DNA of 63,959 nt, counting the filler, from Octopus bimaculoides (lineage: Eukaryota): the NCBI RefSeq assembly GCF_001194135.2. It is 9 parts of 9 records of this genome, joined end to end, with 100 filler letters (N's around TTAATTAATTAA, not from the genome) between each part and the next. Parts side by side here need not be neighbours in the genome. Positions count along the whole stretch, not along the records: positions 7,350 to 16,755 come from NC_068986.1; positions 16,856 to 27,661 come from NC_069004.1; 7 more parts are not named here. One strand, written 5' to 3'. The first letter of the stretch is position 1. Each line of letters starts with the position of its first letter. Both the position numbers and the translations under genes were made by a program. The notes beneath the pieces are model-generated. The model did no database searches. It saw only the letters and a list, made by a program, of their open reading frames with translations, and was not told where the DNA came from. Positions 11,737 to 23,640 of this stretch are shown one piece after another.

Positions 11737-11884
11737 GTGTACGCGTGTGTGTATGTGCGAGTGTGCGTGTGGAGGTACATGTGCATTCCTGTGCATGTGT
11801 GCGTGTGCGTGTGCGTGTATGTGTGTGCGTGTGTATGCTGCATATCACTTATTTATTTATATCTATTTATATTTATTTATATAT

Positions 11885-12046
11885 GCGGGCGTGGTTGTGT
11901 GGTAAGAAGCTTGCTTCCCAGCCTCATGGTTCTAGGTTTAGTCCCACTGCGTGGCACCTTGGACAAATGTTTTCTACTATAGCCTCAGGCCAGCTAAAGC
12001 CTTATGAATGGATTTGGTAGACGGAAACTGAGAGAAGCCCAATGTG

Positions 12047-12079
<33 letters not shown>

Positions 12080-12290
12080 GTGTCTTTCTGTCTATGTTTG
12101 TCTCCCTACCATCACTTGACAACCGATGTTGGTGTGTTAGCGGTTCGGCAAAAGACCGATAGAATAAGTACTAGGCTTACAAATAATAAGTTCTGGGGTC
12201 AATTTCTTCAGCTAAAAAACCTTTTAACGTGCTGCTCCAGTATGGCCGCAGTCAAATGACAAAAATGAGTAAAAGAAAAGATAAAAGAAT
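11885..12290 (+). mobile_element. SINE family A, near full length with internal microsatellite
   Basis: Head as at 140-280, internal (TA)/(TG) tract, tail GCTCCAGTATGGCCGCAGTCAAATGAC. Confidence 0.85.
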
Positions 12291-13455
12291 AACAATTTAC
12301 TTATATATACTTATATATCATATTTATATATTATATTTATCATATTTGTATGTGCATACACACACATAACTATAAAGTCTGTGTGTATGTACTAAGTTCG
12401 TATGCCTTAACGAAAAAGAGAACACATACATTTATAGAGAAACGCCTTTATGGTGGGCACTGTCAGATTTTGAACTTGGAAGTTCGAGGTACTTCTGGTT
12501 TGGTGTCTCCCCATGCACAAAAATGCAAATACACTGTAAATCATTGAAATTTATACAAGGAAGTCCGTTTATTGCAGGTAATTGGAACTAATGAATTATA
12601 CATACAGTTAATTGTACAAACAGACAAGTTATACCTAAACGCAAATATAAATATAAATAAACGAATACTACAGATTATACTTTAATATTCTTTTCTACTC
12701 AAGGTACAAGGCCCGAAATTTTTGGGGAGGGGGGGGGCAATCGATTAGATCGATCCCAGTACGCAACTGGTACTTAATTTATCGACCCCGAAAAGACGAA
12801 AGGCAAAGTCGACCTCGGCGGAATTTGAACTCAGAACGTAAAGGCTAACGTTTCTGTTATCTCGCAGCCTTACTATACTTTAATATTAAATGCTTTAATT
12901 GTAGCTAATGACAGAGCTTTAACAGAGAATTTATTACGAGGGTCGTAGCGTGTCTCCGGAGAGGGACCTCTTGTAATTGTCGTTTTTGCTCCTGAATAAA
13001 TCTGGTCCTGCGTAGTTTCATTCCGAACGGAAATCCATATGACTACGTTGGTAAAGCTTTAAGAAATCTTAATACGCTTTAGTACATCGTTATTTTTATA
13101 TCAGAAAACAACACATATAGCTGGGCTTGAACCTATAGTCCAAGTTATTGAAATACAGTCGTTACCCATTGAGCAGAGAATTTAATGCACCTTAGCCACT
13201 CATATCCATCTTCTCTGCTCATTATTCCTGGGAAAGTTTAAAGCGGCGAGCTGTGGGAATCGTTATCATGCTGGACAATATTGTTTTGCAGCATTTCGTC
13301 CGTCTTTGCGCTCTGAGTTCAAATTCCGTCGAAGTCGACTTTGCCTTTCATACACTCGGAGTCGATAAAATAACTACCAGTTGAGCACTGGGGTCGATGT
13401 ATTCGACTTACTCCAATTCCCGAAATCTCTGGCGTTGTGGAAAAATTTGAAACTA

Positions 13456-13690
13456 TTATTCCTGGGAGAGTCGTGGCGGTAGAATCCTCAGGCATCTTCC
13501 TCCATAGGTTCTATTAGAAACAACCGTCATTAAATTTTTTCGGTTGGATTCCAAGCGTGACCGGCCAAGCCGATGGATATTATCCAAATATTTCGTCCTT
13601 GATCTACTCCTTGGTCTCCTGCCAATTGACTCGACTGGAAGAATCCGTCTTGTGATTCTTTCCTGCGACATTCTAATCACAAGCGCACGC
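13456..13690 (-). mobile_element. RTE-clade LINE 3' relic
   Basis: RMSQERITRRIL..GRRPRSRSRTKYLDNI resembles the RTE C-terminal G.R.RGRP..RW.D.I motif. Confidence 0.6.
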
Positions 13691-15320
13691 GCATATATAT
13701 CATACGTTTCAAATACTTATTCATCATTCAAATTGTCTTTCAAATAATATAAAAGTCACATCTATTGTAAATTGTGTCTTCGATTTCGTGCCATATTTTA
13801 TAAGTCAATTGTTTCAAAATTTATTTCAATGTTGAGAGTAGAATTGATAATGCCTTCTGATTTTTCCCAGTTAAAGCGTTACACATGTAACTCGTGACAG
13901 GATAATATACGTATATATGTTTGTGTGAAATAACCATTTTCGTATTTCTACATAGAAATTTATAAACAAGGCTGCTTAATCAGGCCAGGAGCAGAGGAGG
14001 TTTTTCTTTTTCTTTTTTTTTTTTTTCTCATTACAGAAAAAAAATTTTAATGTTTTTTCTGTAATGAATAACAACATTATATCCCATGTAAACAACAGAA
14101 GAAAAGAAAGAAAAAGTTTATATTTACGACAAACTTTTTGTGATAAGTTATTATAGACCCAGATTAGAGCAGCGAGCTGGTAGAATCGTTATCACGTTGG
14201 GCAAAATGCTTAACGGTAATTTTTCCGGCTCTCTATGTTCCGAGTTCAAATACCGCTGTGGTCGACTCTCTTTCATCCTTTCAGGATAAATAGATAGAAT
14301 AAGTACTGGAAGAGTACTGCAATCGATTTAATCGACTAACTCCATGCCCCAAAAAACTACTGGCCTTGTACCAAGATGTGAAACCATCATCGATCCGGAC
14401 TGAACATTAGTGATGGTAGAGGCTAGTGGCGACAGTTTTTAGTTCAAATCTCACCAAGGTCTACTTTGTTTTTATACTTCCGTAGTCAGTAAAAACAGCT
14501 CTAGTTAAATACCAGAATATATTGAATCGGCCATATTGTCGTTATGGCTACTATACTGTAATCAACGTCCCTGTACGACTTGTGTTCAGATCTGTTCGAG
14601 GTCTCCTTTGTTTTGTATAATCCGATCCTAGTCAAATATGGGTTGATATATTTGATTACACCCTCCCCTCAAATTTGAAGCCACTTGCCAATGTTAGACA
14701 TCCCTATTATATACAAACAAATAAATCGAGTTCCGTGTGACTCCCATGCGACTCCCATGTTTGACTTTTACTTTGAATTATTGATACACAGAAGAATAAA
14801 AGCAAAAATTCAATCAGAGCGGGATTTGGACTCATAATGTAAAAAAATGACGTAACTAAATACCACAAGGCATTTTGTGTGATGTATATTGTTTCAGCTA
14901 CCCGATCCTCATTTTTAATAAAAAATAATAATCCTTTCTACTATAGGCACAAGATCTAAAATTTGAGGGATGGGTTAAGTCGATTACATTATTTAATTTA
15001 TCGACTCTGAAAGGATGAAAGGCAAAGTCGACCTCGGCGGAATTTGAGCTCTGAATGTGAAGTCGGATGAAATACTGCTAAGCATTTTGCCCGGCGTGCT
15101 AACGATTCTGCTAGCTCACCGCTTTTTTTTTTATATAATAATAATAATAATGATAATAATAATAATTAATAATCCTTGCAGCTATAGGCACAAGGCCTGA
15201 TATTTGGAGGAGCGGGGTTGTCGATTTTATCGACTCAACTGGTACTTATTTAATCAACCCCGAAAGGATGAAAGATAAAGTTGACCTGAGTCGGATCATA
15301 AAGAAATGGTTGGACTAGAG

Positions 15321-15507
15321 CAGTGCTCCACAATCTTTTTTCTCTTGTGGTACACTTACACTCTTTTCAAAATTCGGCGGCACACCTGAACTAAAAATAT
15401 AACTCAAAGTATAGGGGAAAAAAATTATATTCAGGTTACACTGCGGTACACTTAGCATCGTCTCGTGACACACCAGTGTGCCGCAGTATACTGGTTGCGG
15501 AACACTG
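15321..15507. mobile_element. hAT (Charlie-type) MITE
   Basis: Imperfect TIRs CAGTGCTCCACAATC / GGTTGCGGAACACTG and a perfect 8-bp TSD GACTAGAG (15313-15320 and 15508-15515). Confidence 0.85.
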
Positions 15508-15559
15508 GACTAGAGTACTTCATCAAAGACTTGGAACAGGATCACTTTCTTTTTATCGT

Positions 15560-15816
15560 TTTTTTACCACTTTTACTTGTTTTAGTCCTTACACTGCGGC
15601 CATGCTGGAGCACCACCTTGAAGAATCTTTTAGTCGAATGAATCGGCCCCACTACTTCTTTATTTTGTTTTTGAAAGCCTGGTACTTATTCTATCGGACT
15701 CTTTGCCGAACTGTTAAGTTACGGTGACGTAAACAAACCAACACCGGTTGTCAAGCGGTAGTGATGGACAAACACATACTCAAAGACACACGCATACACG
15801 CACGCACACACACACG

Positions 15817-15873
<57 letters not shown>

Positions 15874-16030
15874 CGGACTTCATTCAGCTTCCGTCTACCA
15901 AATCCATTCACCCGGATCTGGTCGGCTCGTGGCTATAGTAGAAAACACTTCTCCAAGGTGTCACGCAGTAGGACTGAACTCGAAACCATGTGGTTGGGAA
16001 GCAAATTTCTTACCACTCAGCCACGCCAGC
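15560..16030 (-). mobile_element. SINE family A
   Basis: Reverse complement of the family A head and tail with an internal CA/TA tract. Confidence 0.85.
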
Positions 16031-16149
16031 GTATATAAAGGAAATAGTTTGTCCATAGGTTTATCTCTCGTAAACTTGAGGCTGATGCTTACATTAACAT
16101 AAAACGTTGCCTGTTTTAGACTCTTGTTTGTTATACCGTGTCACATTTT

Positions 16150-16505
16150 GAAGTTTATTCTTTTCATATCCAAGAACTGAAGATATCTCCGAAATACTTA
16201 AAGAACATCAGAAACAGTGGCCTTCCTTATACCCCTTAAATGTAACCGAAAATCTAAACTGACATTTTTCTGTGGAAGATATTACAAGTATGATAAGCAG
16301 CTGCTACAAATATGTCAATGAGGTACTACCTTCCAATGTGGTATGATGTTGTTGATAAAACAATATTCAATGGCATTCGTAAATGTAAGACGGGATAAAC
16401 ATACAGAATACTCTTGTAATTGAATTCATATCATCAGAAGAAATATTGGAGAAACATTCCAATTAAAGCTTCTGCTAAGTATAAATACAAGAGAGCCTGA
16501 TATGC
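16150..16505 (+). mobile_element. RLE-type non-LTR retrotransposon relic (CCHC region)
   Basis: Frameshifted SVEDITSMISSC / MRYYLPMWYDVVDKTIFNGIRK / KKYWRNIPIKAS. Same family as 33360-33900. Confidence 0.6.
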
Positions 16506-16722
16506 ATATGTATGTATATATGTATATATGTATATATATATATATATATACACGACGGGTTTCTTTCAGGTTACGTCTACAAAATCCACTTACAAGGCTT
16601 TGATCAGCTCGAGGCTATAGTAGAAGACACCTGCCCAAGCTGTCACGCAGTAGGACTGAACCCGGAACCATGTCGTTGGGAAGCAAGCTTCTTACTACAC
16701 AGCCATAGTTGTATATGTATAC

Positions 16723-16755
<33 letters not shown>

Positions 16756-16899
16756 NNNNNNNNNNNNNNNNNNNNNNNNNNNNNNNNNNNNNNNNNNNNT
16801 TAATTAATTAANNNNNNNNNNNNNNNNNNNNNNNNNNNNNNNNNNNNNNNNNNNNGTATGTGTGTGTGTGTGTGTGGTGTGGTGTGTGTGTGTGTGTGT

Positions 16900-16936
<37 letters not shown>

Positions 16937-17789
16937 TTTGTGTCAGTGTTTGTTTACCAACACCACTTGACAACCGATGTTTGCAAGTTTACTCCCTCGT
17001 AACTTAGAAATTCGGCAAAAGAGACCGATGTACTAAATATAAGGCTTAAAAAGAGAAGAAGTACTGGGTTTGATTGCTTCGACTAAAACTCCTCAAGGCG
17101 GTGCCCCAGCATGGCCGCAGTCAAATGACTGAAACAAGTAAAATGACAAACAAATAACACATCCTTTAAATCGTAAGAAAGTCTTGAAGATTACCATAGT
17201 TCCAGTATTGCGATCATTTCTAATGTATGAATTTAAGGACTTTCATTCTTTCCCCAAGAACCCAAGGTCAACCCAAGCTCCGTATGTAAATGCGTTCGTA
17301 TGTATGTTTTGTTTGTTTGTTTGTTTGAATTTTAAGTTCTTATGAAAGTGTTAATGTCGGTTATTAACAAAGAGAGACGACATTTTAGTCAAGAAACTTC
17401 CTGATGTGTACAAGTATGTGGTTGAGTTGGTGTGTTACTGAACTGTCGATGCACACACCCAAGTGTACGTATGTATGTCATTGTTCAGTTTTATTTCAAG
17501 ATTTGTTGCTAATAGAGAAAGAACCGCTTTCTAACCTAGATTCAAGGCACCTTCATTGGAATTTCAACAACAGGCTATTTTTGTTTGTATGTATGTATGT
17601 ATGTATGTATGTATGTATGTATGTATGTATGTATGTATGTAGGTATGTATGTGAGCGTGTGTGTATATACGTATGTATATATATATATACATATACATAT
17701 ATATGCGAATGTAATATATATACATATATATGCGAATGTAAATATATATATATATATATATACGCCATGATAGATCGCTGACCAAAACA

Positions 17790-17959
17790 TTCAATTTTTT
17801 TCTTCGTGTTTTTCTCCTTGTTTTCTCCGTATTCTTTCTGTTGAAGAGCGTAGCACGAAACGTTAAAGACTTTCTCTATTCCCGAGCGTTAAACTAATAC
17901 ATCCTTTTGTTGTTTACACCACCTGTCCTCGTCTGTTGTTGTTTTTTTCGTACATTCTC
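17790..17959 (+). mobile_element. Penelope-like terminal repeat fragment, second copy of the 9960-10054 family
   Basis: CTTTCTGTTGAAGAGCGTAGCACGAAACGTTAAAGACTTTCTCTATTCCCGAGCGTT is near-identical to 9990-10048. Confidence 0.6.
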
Positions 17960-18371
17960 NNNNNNNNNNNNNNNNNNNNNNNNNNNNNNNNNNNNNNNNN
18001 NNNNNNNNNNNNNNNNNNNNNNNNNNNNNNNNNNNNNNNNNNNNNNNNNNNNNNNNNNNNNNNNNNNNNNNNNNNNNNNNNNNNNNNNNNNNNNNNNNNN
18101 NNNNNNNNNNNNNNNNNNNNNNNNNNNNNNNNNNNNNNNNNNNNNNNNNNNNNNNNNNNNNNNNNNNNNNNNNNNNNNNNNNNNNNNNNNNNNNNNNNNN
18201 NNNNNNNNNNNNNNNNNNNNNNNNNNNNNNNNNNNNNNNNNNNNNNNNNNNNNNNNNNNNNNNNNNNNNNNNNNNNNNNNNNNNNNNNNNNNNNNNNNNN
18301 NNNNNNNNNNNNNNNNNNNNNNNNNNNNNNNNNNNNNNNNNNNNNNNNNNNNNNNNNNNNNTATATATATA

Positions 18372-18408
<37 letters not shown>

Positions 18409-18494
18409 GTGTGTGTTTGTGTGTGTGAGTGTGTATTCTTGAATGTGTCCGAGCATTGAATCTTAAAGGCCAGTTAAGGACAATCGCATGTGTG

Positions 18495-18610
18495 CCGCCA
18501 TTCATCTTCTCACACGGCCTGAGACTCCACACGGAGGCCTACATCAAGTTCGTGGAGAAGGTAGTGCTGCTCTGGGTGAAGAGGGTGGCTGCTGGAAGAG
18601 CCTATGTCTA
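18495..18610 (+). mobile_element. Tc1/IS630-like transposase fragment
   Basis: PPFIFSHGLRLHTEAYIKFVEKVVLLWVKRVAAGRAYV corresponds to the segment just before the second catalytic Asp (QQD.AP.H) of Tc1-like transposases. Confidence 0.7.
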
Positions 18611-18611
18611 G

Positions 18612-20222
18612 TATTAGAGACATGTTTCCAAGTAATTTTGATTGCTGATTTCAAAAATTTTGCTCTATCACGTCAAAGCTTTTCACAAACTCAATATCCA
18701 TTTTTCGACATTTCCAGTATTGTAACCATTTCTACGGAGAGATTTGGCTTCATCAAATGCAGACCCGTGTATGGAACCTGACATAACTTTGCAACTACAA
18801 AAGTGAAAACAAAAGTAATGATTTAAATATCTTCAGTAAATATAAAAAAACCCACCAGTCTTGAGCAAATTTCCCTATTTTCAATCTAGCTTTTAACTGC
18901 CATAATGATGACAGAAATATCCTTTATACAATTAGATATTAATAAACAACACACTTCTGTGGTCCTTAATATCATACATGCCTCACATTTGGTGGAATTT
19001 GCTGTATTTGTCTACAAATATCACCACACTCTGCTTGATTTAGTGTGACTATCATTGCAATCCAAGTGGATATGTTTTGTTGAATTTTTAACTATTTCTT
19101 ATTAAATGTGGTATTTTGAATGCGTCCAAAATCTTGTAATTTCGAGGTCAAATGTGTCATTGTTATTTTTCGTCTAACACGGTCAATGACCTGTAGAATG
19201 AACTTCTTGACATGTATGCTCTTTATGGAACTTTACCATCACAGATCTGAATTTGCTTACGTTATGGCTGTTGACAATTCTGAGAATGTTTTTCACAGGT
19301 GACAGCTGGTTTGAATATGTTTTGTATTTTAGAAATACGACAAGTTATGAGAGGAGAAAATGCAAAAATCATCCTGAATCAGATTTTACCTTACATTCTT
19401 TGGCATGAAACTGGTTGATCAAGACAAAGTTTGGGCACCCCATGCAGTGTGTAAAGCATGCGTTGAAACACTGAGACAGCCACTGTTTCAAATACTTAAG
19501 CAGAAAAGTTTCAGCTTTGTCTTGTGTGAAAATTAAGGTTGGTGTGTTCGACGGGCCACAGATTAGGCGGTTATTGCAGGGCGAGCAGTTTTTGGAGACC
19601 ACGTCTGCCATTGAAAAGAAAGGTGAAATGCTGCAGTTGTGTGTGATTTCCTAGTAAACAGGAAGTCATCAAATTATGAACTTGTGCAGACCCTTTTTAA
19701 CAGTTTTCGAGTACTGGACTGCAACATGGGTGTAAAAGTGCATTTCCTGCACAGTTATCTGGACGACTTCTCTGAAAATATTGGTCTAATTAGTGATAAC
19801 CAAGGAGGAAGATTCTACCAAGACATGAAGACCATGGTAACAAGGCAAGTAGAACACAAACATAATGGCTTACTACTGCTGGTCTCTGCAAAGAGACTGT
19901 CGTGATAAAGCTATTCATGCTATGCAGCAAAGAGAAAGTTCACTCCTTAAGTAACTCCAGTTTGGCAGAAATATCTATCGTAAGATCCATTTGTTAAACA
20001 ATAAAAAGTATTTGTTGATTAGTTAGTTCTGTATTGCATTTAATGACAAAAATGACGTTGTTTTTTTTTTTTTTTTGTAAAAGATGAATTCCTGTTTAAG
20101 AAAAAAACTTAATGTGAAAGCCAATTTCTGCGGGTATTTCTGAACCTAGCACCATCAAATTAGGTAGGACTAATTATGAAAAGAAAGACAACTAAAAATG
20201 TTTTTCGAAAATGTTCCCCTGT
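18612..20222 (+). mobile_element. Internally deleted CMC/Chapaev3-like DNA transposon
   Basis: Fragments RRKCKNHPES, FFGMKLVDQDKVWAPHAVCKACVETLR, KIKVGVFDGPQIRRLL and CNMGVKVHFLHSYLDDFSENIGLISDNQGGRFYQDM. The 3' end is ...GTTCCCCTGTG, and a subterminal motif near 18635-18660 is inverted to about 20140-20165. The family name comes from recalled motifs. Confidence 0.65.
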
Positions 20223-20938
20223 GTTATTTAGACGCAGAAATATATGTATAATAAAACTACAGCTAAGGACTTAAATTATAGAATTGTAGAACTTGAGAAT
20301 ATTCGTTAAATACACTGAGAATATATACTTCATTGAAAGTATTGGGTTGTTAGATTAATTCGTTCGCTTCTTTTCATTTCTTTTAAACCTTATTTTTCAT
20401 CAACAGTCAAGGCATGGACAAGCCTGTGGGACGGTAGCAACACATTTTGAATAATGAAAGGATAATATATTATCGACTGATTTGTTGAAAATAAGGGTTT
20501 AAAGTAAATGAAAAAATAGAAAATTCCTTTGACAACTTAGTATGTAAGTTATGTATGTATATGTGTATGTTTTTATTATATATATATATATATAAATTAT
20601 ATGCATATATATATATATACATGCATGTGTGAACATACGTACATATGTTTAGAAAATTCCGTTGACACCCTAGTATACATGTTATGTATGTTATGTATCT
20701 ATGTATGTATGTGTGTATATTTTTATGCTAACCCGCCCCCCCCCCACACATACACGCACACACACATATATATTTACATTTATAAATAATTCCTTTGACA
20801 ACCTAGTATGTATGTTATGTGTCTATGTATGTATGTGTGTATGCTTTTATGCTATTTCTATATATATGTATATATATTTATAAATTTATATGCATATATA
20901 TAAATGTATATATGTATATATGCATATATATATATATG

Positions 20939-20973
<35 letters not shown>

Positions 20974-20991
20974 GTGAGCATACGTACATAT

Positions 20992-21028
<37 letters not shown>

Positions 21029-21054
21029 GATAGATATAGATATATGTATATACA

Positions 21055-21088
<34 letters not shown>

Positions 21089-21689
21089 GTCAATTCTGTA
21101 TCACACTGTAAACATTAACACTAAAATATATATATTTCTCGCCCATTTCACATATTTATTCGTCCCTGTCTAATATCATCTTAAATCTATTTATTCTCTA
21201 CATTTATTTTTCAATTTATTTCACTTATTTCTCTATTACGGGATGCACAAGTAGAAAGCCAATAAAGAAAATAGTTATTACATACCCATGGTTAGTAACA
21301 ATCTTTTTTTTCTTTTAGTTTTCTGACAACAGGTGGTGCTGCTGTTCACCGGAAATCAGCTCGTTACAACCAACTCGTTCATAACTGCTGGTGTCTTCTC
21401 TACTCTTTCATTTTGTTCTGGTGTTTTGTTGCTTTTTATTCCAAAATTTACGTTTGCCGTTCTGGTTCTACAGACGTAAACAACAATGGAAACTTGTATC
21501 GTCGTTACTATACAAGTTGTTGTGATTATTGTAAAATAAGATAACTAGTGGGAATACCCGACGTTGCCCGGACGAAGGACGTATGGAATTGTCACCAGCA
21601 TAATACATCCAAAAATGCAGTATGCAATGCAGTATGTAATGCAGTATGTATTGGAGGAAGGTTTGTCTTCATACAGTTTCTATTTGGAT

Positions 21690-22900
21690 TAACTGAACTC
21701 AACTCCAAAAATCGCATCGAAGCCATCAACACTCTGGCACTTCCAATAAAGTTTTAAAATCTTTAACTGGAATTTTTAGAGCTCCAACGCTTGGACAGGA
21801 AGACAAGAAATCTACTAACATCTAAGAACATGCATCACCCAAAAGTAGACGTTGATCGTAGGTACCTACCTAGCAGTAATGGGGGAGGAGGATTGATGCA
21901 GGTAGAACCGTTCTGTAAGGTTTCCATAATAGCAATGAACAGGTACTTATATAGTACAGAGGACTGGATGCTGCGACTGGTGCGCAAACATGAAAGCAAG
22001 GAAACTTGCAAATTCACAAGGTAACTTGGTATTAACCCTGAAATAGATGAAAAGCCTGAAACTACTGTCACAAAACAATCAAAGTAGAACAGGAAAAAAC
22101 AAATTGCAAAATAGAACGGGCAGAAGAAAATTGAGGAGCGGTGGAGTCAGAAGCCTCTGCGTAGACAGTATATACTTCGAAGCCGAAATGCTGATGAAGA
22201 CCAAGCAACAACCCATCAGTCACTGAGAAGTTAAGGACTGAAAGCAGAAACCGAAGGTTTCATATTGGCGGTACAAGATCAAAGCTCGCTCACAAAAAAC
22301 TACAAGGCTAACGTTCTTGCAAACGGTTCTGACCCTAAATGCAGATTCTGCGACACATTTGGCGTAACAATAGACCCCTCGTCTCGGGATATCCTGTATT
22401 GACACCAAACGAATGCAAAAATCGCTACGATGGGATAGGACAGCATTTACATTGGAAAATTTGTAACCACTACAAAGTCAGCACTCCTGCTTATCGGTAT
22501 GAACATCATCCTGAGTCAGTCGTTGAAGGTAAAAATATCACTATCCTCCTGAATTTTCCAGTCAACACTCACAGAACGATCCAGGCTAATCGACCAGACA
22601 TAGTCATTAAAGACAGGGAAGAAAATACTTGTAGATTAACAGATGTAAGTGTTCCCATTGATAAAAATATATCAGTAAAGGAATTTGACAAATTAAGTAA
22701 ATATAAGGACATGGAAATTGAAATACAAATATGGCATCTTAAAGCGAGAAATGTTCATGTCATTGTAGGTGCCATAAGTATGATAAGAAAGAGATGTCAT
22801 AAACATCTAGATAATATCTCAGGAGAACCATGTCTCAGAGAAATCTAAAAGATTGTGTTGACAAGTATTGCCTACATCCTTAGAAAAATCGTCCCAATTT
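21690..22900 (+). mobile_element. R4/Dong-like RLE non-LTR retrotransposon, 5'-truncated and degraded
   Basis: LDRKTRNLLT..HHPKVDVDRRYLPSSNGGGGL, GLKAETEGFILAVQDQ, KCRFC (CCHC), and ANRPDIVIKD..DVSVP..KEFDKLSKYKD (PD-D/ExK endonuclease). Confidence 0.88.
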
Positions 22901-22949
22901 AAATTTCTGTGTTGTATTACATGAAGAGATTTCGCTACTAGGTGGCCAA

Positions 22950-23640
22950 TTCATGTAATAGCCCAAGGACTTTGGAAGTAAAGAACGCTGGTTATGGCTG
23001 GCAGACGGAAACCTGAAACGATAAATCCAAGCGCTAATTATACCCACTTATGAGGTGGAATCTGATAAAGGAAACTATTGAAAAAACTCAGAGAATAAAT
23101 GCAGCATCTGCAGGAAAGGAAACGAAAGTATTAACTATCTCTTGAGTGAATGCAGTAAGCTAGCGCAAAAAGAATATAAGCGGAGGCATGAATGTGTAAG
23201 TAGAAGTGTGCACTGGGATGTTAACTGAGTGTGTGGTTTTGAAATAACAGGAACGTACTATGAGCATGAACCACAGGCTGTGATAGAGAATAAGAGTTTT
23301 AGGATTTTATGGGAATTTTCCCATAAAGAATGACTATATTATTGAAGGAAGAAGACCAGATATAAATGCAGAGCCCAAAAGAAACAAACAGTCTGAGATC
23401 ATAGAATTTACAATGCCATATGATGACAGAGTAGATACGAATGAAATTGAAAAAGCTGAGAAGTATCAGGATGTAGCCAGGGGACTGAAAAGATTGTGGA
23501 AGACTAAGAAAACAATTATTCTGGTGGTAATTGGTGTTCTTGACACAACACCGAAACAACTACCTGAGATGTTTACGGATATTGTAATTGAGGCTTGTCG
23601 ACCTTCAGGAAAGGGCAATCCTGTAATTTAAGATTTGAAG
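22950..23640 (+). mobile_element. Second, distinct R4/Dong-like 3' fragment in tandem
   Basis: WLWLADGNLKR, KCSIC..ECSKLAQKEYKRRH, YEHEPQAVIENKSFRILW, and MPYDDRVDTNEIEKAEKYQDVARGLKRLWK..VVIGVL. Confidence 0.82.

Noticed and set aside
20520-20830. Three roughly 133-bp-spaced copies of AATTCC.TTGACA.C.TAGTAT, also a degenerate direct repeat at 57240-57350 versus 57520-57632
   Set aside because: These are local duplications interleaved with microsatellites. The TTGACA resemblance to a bacterial -35 box is meaningless here.
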